NCBI GenBank assembly: GCA_951406725.2
Contig: OX597832.1
Span: forward strand, 68,634,001 to 68,698,000
Length of the DNA stretch: 64,000 nucleotides
Source: Octopus vulgaris
Lineage: Eukaryota
Direction: 5' to 3'
Shown here in pieces: positions 28,989 through 40,740 of this stretch. Both the position numbers and the translations under genes were made by a program. Numbering within the stretch: position 1 is the first letter of the stretch; the number at the start of each line of letters is the position of its first letter. Under the pieces are notes generated by a model. That model worked only from the letters and a program-made list of their open reading frames with translations, ran no database searches and was not told the DNA's origin.

Positions 28989-29033
28989 TGTATATATAAA
29001 TATGCATATATATATCTTTATATATACACATAT
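28906..29033. repeat. Perfect 128-bp palindrome centred on (TA)n
   Basis: The left arm ATATGTGTATATATAAAGATATATATATGCATATTTATATATACATGCA is exactly mirrored at 28985-29033. Confidence 0.9.
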
Positions 29034-29724
29034 ATATACATATGTATATATATGTATATATGTATATACACACACACACATAAAAATATATATCTACTAG
29101 CTGCATAATGGCTTTCTTTCTTCTTTCTCTTTATGGTTTCTTTCCCTTTATTTATTTTTTGTTTATTTATTATTTGTTTTCTTTTTATGTGTGTTTGCCT
29201 TTTTTCTTTTTTTTATTTTCTTTTTTGTTTTTGTTTTATTTCTAAAGGACATTCTAATGAATATTTATTTTGTAATTCCTTTCAGATGACATAACACTGT
29301 GGAGTGATTAATATGAATACACTCTTCGTTTGATAGATTCTGAAAGTAAAGGCAACCAGGAGGGAGGCGTAGGGTGCATTGATGATAGTGGCAGTGGTGA
29401 AGGGGTGAATATTAAAAACAAACAAACAGAAAACAAAAAAGAGAGTGGAAGAAAGAACTTGACAGACATACAGCCAGACAGACATAGTCACTGATTGTTG
29501 TCTGTAAATTTTCTGACAACAAAATTCAATGTATTGAACAAATTTGAGCTCTTCATTGATTTCTGATACGATTTGGGGATTAAAAGAAGGGCATGCACAT
29601 GATCTAACTGTAAATACTGTGTATTAATATACCTATCTATTTATCCATATATATATATATATATATAAATACATACACACTCATATAAATATATATAGAT
29701 ATGTATGTGTGCGTATATATATAT

Positions 29725-30040
29725 AAAGATGCCTGTTGTTATGTCCTGTCGTTATTATTGTTTTTTTTTTGTATTATTTTTGTATTTATATTCGTGTAAC
29801 ATCGTCTATTTTTCCATCCTTGTTTCGTATACATTCAATCCTTTTTCCAAGGAATATAATGCTCTTAGCTTAGTTTTTCCTTGGAGCTGGCCAAATTGGA
29901 GCAATCTCAAGATTAATCAGCTGAAATTGCGAGGATGATCCGGTTCTTGACTGAAGATTAAAGGCTTCGAATGACCCGTCCGTGTTTTTTGTATCATATA
30001 TTTGGATGTTTTGCGTTCTTGTCCCATTTTGTATTTTATA
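29725..30040 (+). mobile_element. Penelope-like terminal (pLTR-type) fragment between (TA)n tracts
   Basis: CpG-retaining, T-rich tail, CTGAAGA motif, TA-repeat flanks; same layout as 61159-61442. Confidence 0.45.
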
Positions 30041-30084
30041 TATATATATATGTGTGTGTGTGTATATATATATATGTGTATATA

Positions 30085-30174
<90 letters not shown>

Positions 30175-30545
30175 AGCGCAGGAGTGCCTGTGTGGTAAGT
30201 AGCTTGTTTACCAACCACATGGTTCCGGGTTCAGTCCCATCTACAATAGCCTCGGGCCAACCAAAGACTTGTGAGTGGATTTGGTAGATGGAAACTGAAA
30301 GAAGCCTGTCGTATATATGTATATATATATATATGTGTGCATGTATGTTTGTGTGTCTGTGTTTGTCCCATCCAACATCGCTTGACAACTGATGCTGGTG
30401 TGTTTATGTCCCCGTCACTTAGCGGTTCAACAAAAGAGACTGATAGAATAAGTACTAGGCTTACAAAGAATAAGTCCCGGGTCGAGTTGCTCGATTAAAG
30501 GCGGTGCTCCAGCATGGCCACAGTCAAATGACTGAAACAAGTAAA
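30175..30545 (+). mobile_element. tRNA-derived SINE (long family), small internal deletion
   Basis: A-box-like GTGTGGTAAG, B-box GGTTCAGTCCC, 3' GGTGCTCCAGCATGGCCACAGTC..ATGACTGAAAC. Confidence 0.9.
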
Positions 30546-30559
30546 AAAAATATATATAT

Positions 30560-30613
<54 letters not shown>

Positions 30614-30662
30614 CTATCTATGTATGTATATAAATATGTATATATATATATGTGTGTGTGTG

Positions 30663-30703
<41 letters not shown>

Positions 30704-31344
30704 TTTGCCAAGTCTGTCCGTAAACGAAGTGATCCCAAGATAAGAAATCTTTGAACTTTAATTCATCCGTATCTCTATTTATTATTATTATTATTTATTA
30801 ATTATTATTATTCTGATCCCCCTAGTCGCCACTCTGTTTACTATTTCAGCCTCGCCTCGTTTTTGCATATTCTGTATAATTCACTAGTTATCGTTATAGA
30901 TATTTAAGATCTATCTCCCTTACAGCGCTGATTAGAAATTGGCTGCCGATTCTTCGCGGGGTTTTTCTCTTCCCTTCTCTCCCCCTCTTTTTACATTGTC
31001 GTCTGTCTGGACTCCTCTCTTCCTACCCCTCGCCATGGCTATGCATACTTAAGCTAGTAACCTGCCTCACTCTTGATTCCGAATTCCTTTTGCCAAGTCT
31101 GTCCGTAAACGAAGTGATCCCAAGATAAGAAATCTTTGAACTTTAATTCATCCGTATCTCTATTTATTATTATTATTATTTATTAATTATTATTATTCTG
31201 ATCCCCCTAGTCGCCACTCTGTTTACTATTTCAGCCTCGCCTCGTTTTTGCATATTCTGTATAATTCACTAGTTATCGTTATAGATATTTAAGATCTATC
31301 TCCCTTACAGGGCTGATTAGAAATTGGCTGCTGATTCTTCGCGG
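30704..31344 (+). repeat. 256-bp direct repeat pair (30704-30959, 31089-31344), Penelope-like partial tandem
   Basis: Period 385 bp, two mismatches seen; degenerate FCQVC...SLN reading resembles a GIY-YIG C-terminus. Confidence 0.75.
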
Positions 31345-31420
31345 CGCGCCCGCCCTACCCACCCCCACCACCAATACCGGATATCTCTATTTTGCTCCAA
31401 CTATACCGGATGTCGTTTCT

Positions 31421-32054
31421 CCCACCACCATTATAGGTGTCTACTCTTTGAACCCCCTCTTCAATACGCTATTTCACCATGCATTACCCCTCTCTCGATA
31501 TCCTACGTTCTACTTGCCTAGAACCTGTCCTCTGAACCACCCCTCCCACTGGTGCTCCCCATTATTTCTGCACCCCCCCCCCCACCACCATTATAGGTGT
31601 CTACTCTTTGAACCCCCCTCTTCAATACGCTATTTCACCATGCATTACCCCTCTCTCGATATCCTACGTTCTACTTGCCTAGAACCTGTCCTCTGAACCA
31701 CCCCTCCCACTGGTGCTCCCCTATATTTCTGCACCACCCCACCACCATTATAGGTGTCTACTCTTTGAACCCCCTCTTCAATACGCTATTTCACCATGCA
31801 TTACCCCTCTCTCGATATCCTACGTTCTACTTGCCTAGAACCTGTCCTCTGAACCACCCCTCCCACTGGTGCTCCCCTATATTTCTGCACCCCCCCACCA
31901 CCATTATAGGTGTCTACTCTTTGAACCCCCCTCTTCAATACGCTATTTCACCATGCATTACCCCTCTCTCGATATCCTACGTTCTACTTGCCTAGTACCT
32001 GTCCTCTGAACCACCCCTCCCACTGGTGCTCCCCTATATTTCTGCACCCCCCCC
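31421..32054 (+). repeat. Four-unit ~155-160 bp C-rich tandem array
   Basis: Unit CCACCACCATTATAGGTGTCTAC...TTTCTGCACCCCC starts near 31422, 31582, 31739 and 31895. Confidence 0.95.
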
Positions 32055-32300
32055 ATAAAAAGCACCATCCGAACGTGGCCGATGCCAGACCCCTCTGGCA
32101 CCTGTGCAGGTGGCACGTAAAAAACACCCACTACACTCGCGGAGTGGTTGGCGTTAGGAAGGGCATCCAGCTGTAGAAACACTGCCAGACTAGACTGGAG
32201 CCTGGGGCAGTCCCGAGCTCCCCAGACCCCGGTCGAAACCGTCCAACCCGTGCTAGCGCGGAAAACGGACGTTAAACGATGATGATGATGATGATGATGA
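32055..32300 (+). mobile_element. Young CpG-rich RTE 3'-end fragment with (GAT)n tail
   Basis: GGTTGGCGTTAGGAAGGGCATCCAGC...GGACGTTAAACGATGATG. Confidence 0.92.
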
Positions 32301-32309
32301 TATACATAT

Positions 32310-32530
32310 ATAGTAAATAATAAAAAACGGCAAAAAACACAAGAAAAACCCACAACATGAGGATGTGGTACAAGCAAAGTATTAATAAGATGATCAGGGA
32401 AGAAGAGAAAGGGTGTTTTACGTTTCAAGTAAAGCTCTTCTTCAGAAATAGGAGACAGAGGAAAGTCCAAGAGAAAAGGCAGACAGAGGGAAAAAGTCGC
32501 CAACATTCCACATGTAGTTACATTTTGGAA
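32310..32530 (-). mobile_element. Penelope-like terminal repeat with degenerate hammerhead core
   Basis: The minus strand reads TTTCTGAAGAAGAGCTTTACTTGAAACGTAAAA (32417-32448), followed by a T-rich tail ending in TATA. Confidence 0.65.
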
Positions 32531-32899
32531 TGACCATCCACATCCGGTCATTCAAAAATATAATCACATGTGAATCATTGGCGATTAAGTATGGTTTAGC
32601 ATGGTTTCTACAACTAGATGCCCTTCTGAAATCCAACCATTTTACAAAATGTGCTGGGTGCCTTTTTCATGGCACCGGCACCAGCAATGCCACTGAGTAT
32701 CTGAAAGATAAAGAATCGTCAACTGAGCTGGGTACAGAGAGGAGGAAAAAACTAAGAGAGAGAGAGATAGAGAGGTGCAATTGTCTTTTTGCAGAGATGA
32801 AAACATTGGCTTGCTTAGCCAAAAAGTGAGAGAGAGCAAAAAGAGATGAGAGGCCCAGGTACAATGTGAAGATGAGACAGAAAAGAAAGTGCATCATCA

Positions 32900-35800
32900 T
32901 CATCTTCATCATCATCATCGTTTAACATGCATTCTCCATGCTAGCATGGGTTGGACGGTTCAACCGGGGATCTGGGAAGCCAGAAGGCTGCACCAGGCTC
33001 CAGTCTGATTTGGCAGTGTTTCTACAGTTGGATGCCCTTCTTAATGCCAACCACTCTGTGAGTGTAGTGGGTGCTTTTTATGTACCACTGGCACAGGTAC
33101 CAGGCGAGGCTGGCAACGGCCACAATCGGATTGGTACTTTTTACGTGCCACTGGCACAGGTGTCAGGCGAGGCTGGCAATGGCCATGATCGGATTGGTGC
33201 TTTTTACGTGCCACTGGCATGGAAACCAGTCAAGGCGGTGCTGGCATCAGCCACATTCGGATGGTGCTTTTTACGTGCCACCAGCACAGGGATCACAACT
33301 GCAGTTTCCATTGATTTTTGATGTTGGTGTACTTGACTCATTGGATCTCCTCAAGCACAGGGTCGAAATGGTGTTTCTTTACTTGCCACCTGCACACGAG
33401 TCAGTCCAGTGGCCCTGGTAACTGCTGGGTGCCAGTCATAGGATTGGTTCCATTTCGATTCCGATTTCACTTGCCCCAACAGGTCTTCGCAAGCAGAGTT
33501 TAGTGTCCAATGAAGGGAGGTTGGCATGGTTACCTGTCGTCGGATGAGGTTCGATTTCGACTTCACTTGCCTCAACAGGTCTTTGTGTGTCCAAGGGAGG
33601 AAAGGCATGCATAAGTTGGCTGGCTGGGATGGACTCACTTGTCCTGCTGGGTCTTCTCACGGACAGCATATTTCCAAAGGTCTCGGTCGCTAGTCATTGC
33701 CTCAGTGAGGCCTAATGTTCGAAGGTCATACTTCACCACCTCGTCCCAGGTTTTCCTGGGTTTACCTCTTCCATGGGTTCCCTCAACTGCTAGGGATTGG
33801 CACTTTTTCACACACCTATCTTCATCCATTCTCACCACATGACCATACCAGTGCACTCGTCTCTCTTGCACACCACACCTGATGCTTCTTAGGTCCAACT
33901 TTTCTCTCAAGATACTTACACTCTGTCGAGTATGTACACTGACATTACACATCCATTCGAGCATACTGGCTTCATTCCTTGCAAGCTTACGCATGTCCTC
34001 AGCAGTCACGGCCCAAGTTTCACTGCCATGTAGCATGGCTGTTCGTACACATGCATCATACAGTCTGCCTTTTACTCTGAGCAAGAGGCCTTTTGTCACC
34101 AGCAGAGGTAAGAGCTCCCTGAACTTTGCCCAAGCTATTCTTACTCTAGCAGTTACACTTTCAGCACACCCACCCCCACTACTGACTTGGTCACCTAGGT
34201 AACGGAAGCTATCAACTACTTCTAGTTTTTCTCCCTGGAAAGTAACAGAAGTTGGTCTCTGCACATTTTCAGTGTTTATTGCTCCCGAGCATCTGCCACA
34301 TACAAAAACTATCTTCCCAGTTAGCCTTCCTTTGACATTGCTACACCTCTTATGTGTCCATAACTTACACTGGGTACATCTTATAGAGTTTCTACCTACG
34401 CCTTTTCTACAGATCGAGCAGGGCCATCTACCTGAAGGCGTTTGTGGTTTGTCTGCCTTCCTACTTAGTAGGACTTTGGTTTTAGCTAGGTTGACTCTAA
34501 GGCCCTTCGATTCTAATCCTTCCTTCCACACCTGAAACTTCTCCTCCAGTTCTGGTAGTGACTCAGCAATTAGAGCAAGGTCGTTAGCATATAGGAGCTC
34601 CCAGGGGCATCCTGTCTTGAATTCCTCCGTTATTGCCTGCAGGACTATGATAAATAGGAAGGGGCTGAGGACTGAACCCCGGTAGACCCCAAACTCTACC
34701 TTGAATTTTTCAGTGTACACATTGCCAACCCTTACCTTACTTACAGCGTCCCTGTACATGGCTTGCACAGCTCTCACCAGCCATTCATCTATCCCTAGTT
34801 TCCTCATTGACCACCAGATAGGGGATCGGGAGACCCTGTCAAAGGCTTTCTCCATGTCAATGAAAGCCACGTATAGGGGCTTATCTTTGGCCAGGTATTT
34901 CTCCTGCAGCTGTCTCACCAGAAATATGGCATCAGTGGTGCTTTTCATTGGCATGAAACCAAACTGCATCTCATCCAAATTGACTGTCTCCCTAATCAGT
35001 TGGGCTATGACCCTCTCCGTAGCCTTCATTACCTGATCCAACAGCTTGATACCTCTGTAATTATTTGTGTCTAGGGTGTCACCTTTAACTTTGTAGCAGT
35101 TGACTATTATGCTGCTACACCAGTCATTGGGTATGATTCCTTCATGTATCACCTGGTTAACTATACGGGTGACTAGGCTATAGCCAACACTGCCAGATAT
35201 TTTGAGCATTTCTGCAGTAATTCCTGATGGGCCTGGGGCTTTCCCTGAATTCATGCTTCTAATTGCCTTAACTACCATAGAACTGTCAACTCGGATAGCT
35301 GGTCCCTCTGTTGGGTTGACATTAGGCAGACTCTCTTTATCGCATTTATTTTCTTTATTCAGCAACCTTTCATAGTGGTGTCTCCAAAACTCTCTCTTTG
35401 CATCCTCATTTAGCGCAAGCGAACCATCATCCATGCGAACACATTTCTCTCCTACCACATCACGATTCTCTCTCACACACTGTCTTGCAACACAAAATAC
35501 CTCAAGTCTTTGGTCCTCATGGTGCAGAACATTGGCAAATTTTTTCTTATCTGCTTCCCCTCTGGCTAAATAAACCTGTCTCCTAGCTTCCCTTCTGGCA
35601 GTCTGATACAGTTCCCTGCTACCTCCGTTCTTCCAGTCCTTCTAAGCCTGTTTCTTTTGTCTAATAGCCTTGTCAACCACATTGTTCCACCACCACGTTA
35701 CCTTGGGTCGAGTGGGGACTTTGCACCAGCCTGAGATCTGGTCAGTGGCTCTCAGCAGGTTGTCCCGTAGAAACCTCCAGTTGTCTTCCACATTATGTGA

Positions 35801-36272
35801 TGCTATACACCCTTCTATTTCATCAAAGGCTTCGAGTAATACGTTTCTAAATCTCTGCCCATTTGCAGGATCTTTAAGTTTCCAGACCCTTCTCCTCCAG
35901 GCTGGACTTCTTCTGGGCATCCATTCAGCCCTTATCCTGAAGTCGCTAACTACTAATCTATGTTGAGGGTTACATTCTTCACCTGGGAAGGTTTTGGCAT
36001 TTATAAGCAGCCCTCTTTCCCTTTTTCTGGTGAGGATATAGTCAATTTGGCTAGTGTGTCTGCCAGAATGATAGGTGACTAGGTGACGGGTGGGTTTCCT
36101 GAAGTTGGTATTGCAAACCATAAGATCATTTGCATCGCAGAACTCCAGCAGTCTGGTTCCCTCCTCATTGCGGGAACCAAAACCATAGCCTCCATGTATG
36201 CCATGGAAGCGCCCTGCACATTGTCCAACATGTCCATTGAATTCACCAACCACAAAAAGAAGGTCTCTGTCA
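32900..36272 (-). mobile_element. Nearly intact 5'-truncated RTE LINE (partial APE, RT, PHD finger, 3' UTR, GAT tail)
   Basis: GEFNGHVG, SQIDYIL, PQHRLVV, then the RT motifs; (CAT)n tail near 32900. Confidence 0.97.
33635..36272 (-). pseudogene. RTE ORF (APE-RT-PHD), one in-frame TAG at 35642-35644 and YADD changed to YAND
   Basis: ORFs 35642-36328 and 33635-35476 share a frame (165-nt gap without stop); YAND at 34580-34591. Confidence 0.9.
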
Positions 36273-36810
36273 GATAATTCTCTCCTTAGAATGTGAGCTG
36301 TACCCAATAATGCTGTCTTCTGTACCACCTCGAGCCTGACAGCAGCTCCAATATTCTTAATGTTTTTTAAAGCCCTTGGAAACTGCTCCTAATGCTCCAA
36401 TTACCACCGGTATCACTATTACTTTCTTCATGTCCCATAACTTTCCCATCTTGTCCTGCAGTGGCTGGTATTTCTCATCCTTTTCTGTTTCCTCACATTT
36501 CACCCATCAAGTGTCTGGTATTGCAAAATCTATTATCTTTACTTCTTTTTCATCTTTATGGTTGAGCACGATATCTGGTCGTCTCACCTCTATGACTTTG
36601 TGGCACTGCATGTTAAAATCCCAGAGTATATTGTAATGTTTGTTTTCCATTACTCCCTCTGACTTCTGTTCATACCATTGTTCGGCTCCCTCTTGAGGTT
36701 TGCTTTACTGCACAACAGCCAGTGGACATATCTGGCTACATTGTCGTGTCTCCTTTAATATTTGCATTGTGCAAGCTTACAGCACTCACTAACAATATGA
36801 CATATTAGTA
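36273..36810 (-). mobile_element. R4/Dong-type LINE fragment (CCHC region plus RLE)
   Basis: HIVSEC..LAQ...RRHDNVARYVHW, ILWDF, RRPDIV, IIDFAIP, VQKTALLGTAHILRREL. Confidence 0.88.
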
Positions 36811-36834
36811 TTATCGATATTATTATTACTGTGC

Positions 36835-37400
36835 AGTACCAGGCAGTGGCTCTCATGGCTTCTGATCTTAACTGATTAGAAGTGTTATCATGTACATTGT
36901 TTTGTCTTGGTATAAAAGATGGGCTACAGCAAATATTCTGCTCAATACCACAGATTTGCTTGTCAGTTGTTTCACCTTAACCAGTTGAGCATGTCCCTTA
37001 GTGGCTGACGATATGTGCATCTCTGATCACGAGCAGAAGTAGTAGGGGAGCATCATAGCCATGTGTTGAGAGGGATTCTTTGGGGTTTGAATAATTCACC
37101 TCTGGAAACATGGGTGGTTCTTTCAACATCCTTAAACAACCCTTATTCAGGGACCTTTTGAGTGGGATGGGCTACTCAACCTGAAGAAAATTCTAACTGG
37201 GCCCCACCTGCAAGGTCTTGTGCTGTTTATCTTGATATGAGATCACCATGTCGCGCACATATGGTTGTGATGCATGTGCCTGGTGTACCTTTATCAGACG
37301 GGTAGTCATAATGGGTATATTGGGCTTCGTATATTTTACCCCAGTGTCACTTTGATGGCATGCACTGCTCTCTCACTCAATAATAATAATAATAATAATA
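36835..37400 (+). mobile_element. ~545-bp (AAT)n-tailed non-coding retroposon, copy 1
   Basis: Ends CTCTCTCACTCAATAATAAT; near-identical to the reverse complement of 37588-38132. Confidence 0.8.
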
Positions 37401-37403
37401 ATA

Positions 37404-37448
<45 letters not shown>

Positions 37449-37456
37449 GTTATTGC

Positions 37457-37495
<39 letters not shown>

Positions 37496-37512
37496 CATCA
37501 TTATTATTATTA

Positions 37513-37550
<38 letters not shown>

Positions 37551-37587
37551 GTTATTATTATTATTATTATTGTTATTATTATTATCA
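37381..37587. repeat. (AAT)n switching to (ATT)n spacer
   Basis: Polarity switches at about 37403. Confidence 0.95.
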
Positions 37588-38174
37588 TTGAGTGAGAGAG
37601 CAGTTCATGCCATCAAAGTGACACTGGGGTAAAATATACGAAGCCCAATATACCCATCATGACTACCCGTCTGATAAAGGTACACCAGGCACATGCATCA
37701 CAACCATATGTGCGCGACATGGTGATCTCATATCAAGATAAACAGCACATGACCTTGCAGGTGGGGCCCAGTTAGAATTTTCTTCAGGTTGAGTAGCCCA
37801 TCCCGCTCAAACGGTCCCTGAATAAGGGTTGTTTAAGGATGTTGAAAGAACCACCCATGTTTCCAGAGGTGAATTATTCAAACCCCAAAGAATCCTCTCA
37901 ACACATGGCTATGATGCTCCCCCACTACTTCTGCTCGTGATCAGAGATGCACATAACGTCAGCCACTAAGGGACATGCTCAACTGGTTAAGGTCAAACAA
38001 CTGACAAGCAAATCTGTGGTATTGAGCAGAATATTTGCTGTAGCCCATCTTTTATACCAAGACAAAACAATGTACATGATAACACTTCCAATCAGTTAAG
38101 ATCAGAAGCCATGAGAGCCACTGCCTGGTACTCCATGAGAGCCACTGCCTGGTACTTTATGAGAGCCACTGCCT
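37588..38174 (-). mobile_element. Same retroposon, copy 2, with triplicated 24-bp 5' end
   Basis: Reverse complement of copy 1; ATGAGAGCCACTGCCT at 38111, 38135 and 38159. Confidence 0.8.
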
Positions 38175-38184
38175 ATTATTATTA

Positions 38185-38230
<46 letters not shown>

Positions 38231-40012
38231 CATCATCATTATTATTATTATTATCATTATTATTATTATTATTTCCAATTGAAGAAAAACATACTTATTA
38301 CACATCGTAGAGTTTGTAGAAGAAAAGCTCATAATTCACTCTTTTGCAACTCAGACTTCGCAATGCAGAGCAATCTTTCAGCTAAATTGTGGGATTTCAT
38401 GGAAATTGTAAATAAACATCAGCATTATACAAACAATGTCCTTCATTTCCAATATTCTGTGAAAAATCATGTTTCACCATGGATTAGCATGACCTATGTG
38501 GTGACATGAAGGACACCCAGCTGTAGAAGATTTTTCTCAAAGAATAACTTTTGACTTATGCAAGCAAGGTAAATTGGACATTAAAACTATGACAATGATG
38601 ATGATGATGATGATGATATTGATTATCTACTAACAACAGATATTTATAAATATACATATATCATCTGGACTACACTCAGCAAACTCATACCTCAGTATAA
38701 CCAAAATATACATGCGCATTGTATACCACAATAATGTACATTATACCCTCCCTCCCCCCTCTCTCTCATACACACACATTTGTGTACACAAATATACATG
38801 ATGTAAATTTGTCGTCTCTGTGTGTTTGTTTATATGTAAGCTTCAGCTGCAACAATGTCTGCTGTATTCGCAAAAGTTTGCTATTGTTACACACGATGAT
38901 TATGGTGGTGTTGATTGTGAATAGAGGAGATCAACCTCTGATAAACATATAACTTGCAGCAATTATTTCTGGTTATAACCGTTATTCTGGTGTTATCTCC
39001 TAGAGTCCACCTGCTGCCATCACAGAAAAACCTGTTAATCACAGAGGATTCAGTTTCCCCACACCTTCAGTGTCACAGTTAACGAGGAATGAAGGATATG
39101 GCTAACTCAAACATAAATCTGTCAGATGAGGAAACTGCAGCACAATTGATTGATCTGATAAATATAGTAACTAAATACTCCTCAAATGACATCCTGGTGT
39201 CTTAAAACCAAGACAACAGCAGATTAAGTAATTTAATTCTTATGTGGTAGCTTTCTGTGATGTTTGGAAATTTAGATATCCTTAAAGACAAATAAAAGAG
39301 CATGCTTCAGTAAGAATGCCTTTGATGTTAGGCTGCCAGTCCAATATTGGTTGTCAGTCTAATGATGTTAGGTTGTCAGTCTAACTAGGACTCAGCTAAA
39401 TTTAACCACTGCCACCATTGCATACATTCACCAACATCACTGCTGCCAGCATGCTATAATCACCACCGCCACCACCACCACCACTGTCACACTACCACAA
39501 TAATCAGCATGCTACCACTACCACCACCATAACCAACAACATCAACAGTAACAAGAATTCATGAGGCTCTTTTGTGTATATTTCTGGATTGTTTCTATTT
39601 CTTGGTGGTACTGTTCTTGTTTAACCCCAGGTCATCTCCAACTGAGTAGATTCTATGATCAAAGGCAGACCATTTGGCAATAGCCTGATACCTTTTATCA
39701 ACCACAGTGTACTTTTGGAAACAATATTCAAAGTATCTTAAAAACTGGCAGACAGTGATTAGAGGGAGATTTGTCTATTTTGTCTTGCAGGTCATGTAAC
39801 AGATGCTTCTTCGATGGCTTGTTATTGTTTAATTCAAATCATTTCTCAATGACCAGACATATGGTCCAAGCTGTTCCATCCATGACCATCCTGTATTCTT
39901 TTTCTAATGGAATATAAGTATATCTAGCACTATATCAGCTATTGTCCTTTCCTCCTTTTTGTGTTTTTAATTGGTCAAATGGGTTACAGTTATGACCACC
40001 TAAAACTTAGTG

Positions 40013-40740
40013 ATCATCGTTGTTTACGGTCCAGTTTCCATGCTGGCATGGGTTGGATGGTTTCACATGGTACTGGCTAGCAGGGAGCTGTCCAGACTCC
40101 AACTGTTTCTTGTGGCATGGTTTCTATGGCTGGATGCCCTTCCTAGTGCCAATCACTTACAATGGTGTACTGGGTGCTTTTTATGTGCCACCAGCACAGG
40201 TGCGTTTATGTAGCACCAGGATGGATAGATCTAAATAGCACTGGCACAGGTGCTTTTTATGTGGCACTGGCACCTGAAAGGAGAAGCCTATATGTGTGGA
40301 AGACAGCAATTTTACTTAGCTTTTCCTGTTTTATCAAGTGCAGCAAAATGCCACATCTCCCAACCCCTTGTTCTTTCCTCAGTGAGGCCCAGTATCCACT
40401 CATGTCTCACCACTCATGTCTTCCTGGGTCTTCCCATTCCACAAGTTCCCTCCACAATTAGAGGTCAGCACTTCTTTACACTGCTGTCTTCATCCATACA
40501 CACCACATAGCCAGACCAGTGCAGTCGTCTCTCTTTCACACAACATCTGATACATCTTATACCCAGTTTTCCTCTTAAATCATTTACACTTTGTCATATG
40601 TGCATACTGACATTACCCATCCAGTAAAGTGTGCTAGCTTTGTTTCTTTCAAGCCTTCACAAGTCCTCTGTAGTCATAGCCTATGTTTCTCTGCCATGTA
40701 ACATAACTGTATGTACACAGGCATTATACAATCTGTTTTT
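40013..40740 (-). mobile_element. Old RTE 3' fragment
   Basis: TCCATGCTGGCATGGGTTGGA, GGATGCCCTTCCT, and decayed C-terminal coding sequence. Confidence 0.8.

Noticed and set aside
29948-29975. Hammerhead at CTGAAGA...TTCGAATG
   Set aside because: GAAA and the stems are not intact.
31421-32054. Possible CRISPR-like array
   Set aside because: Units are identical throughout with no unique spacers; eukaryotic context; no cas genes.
39004-39205. Candidate plus-strand exon or short ORF
   Set aside because: Frames stop early, no donor site, and the end runs into a common repeat.
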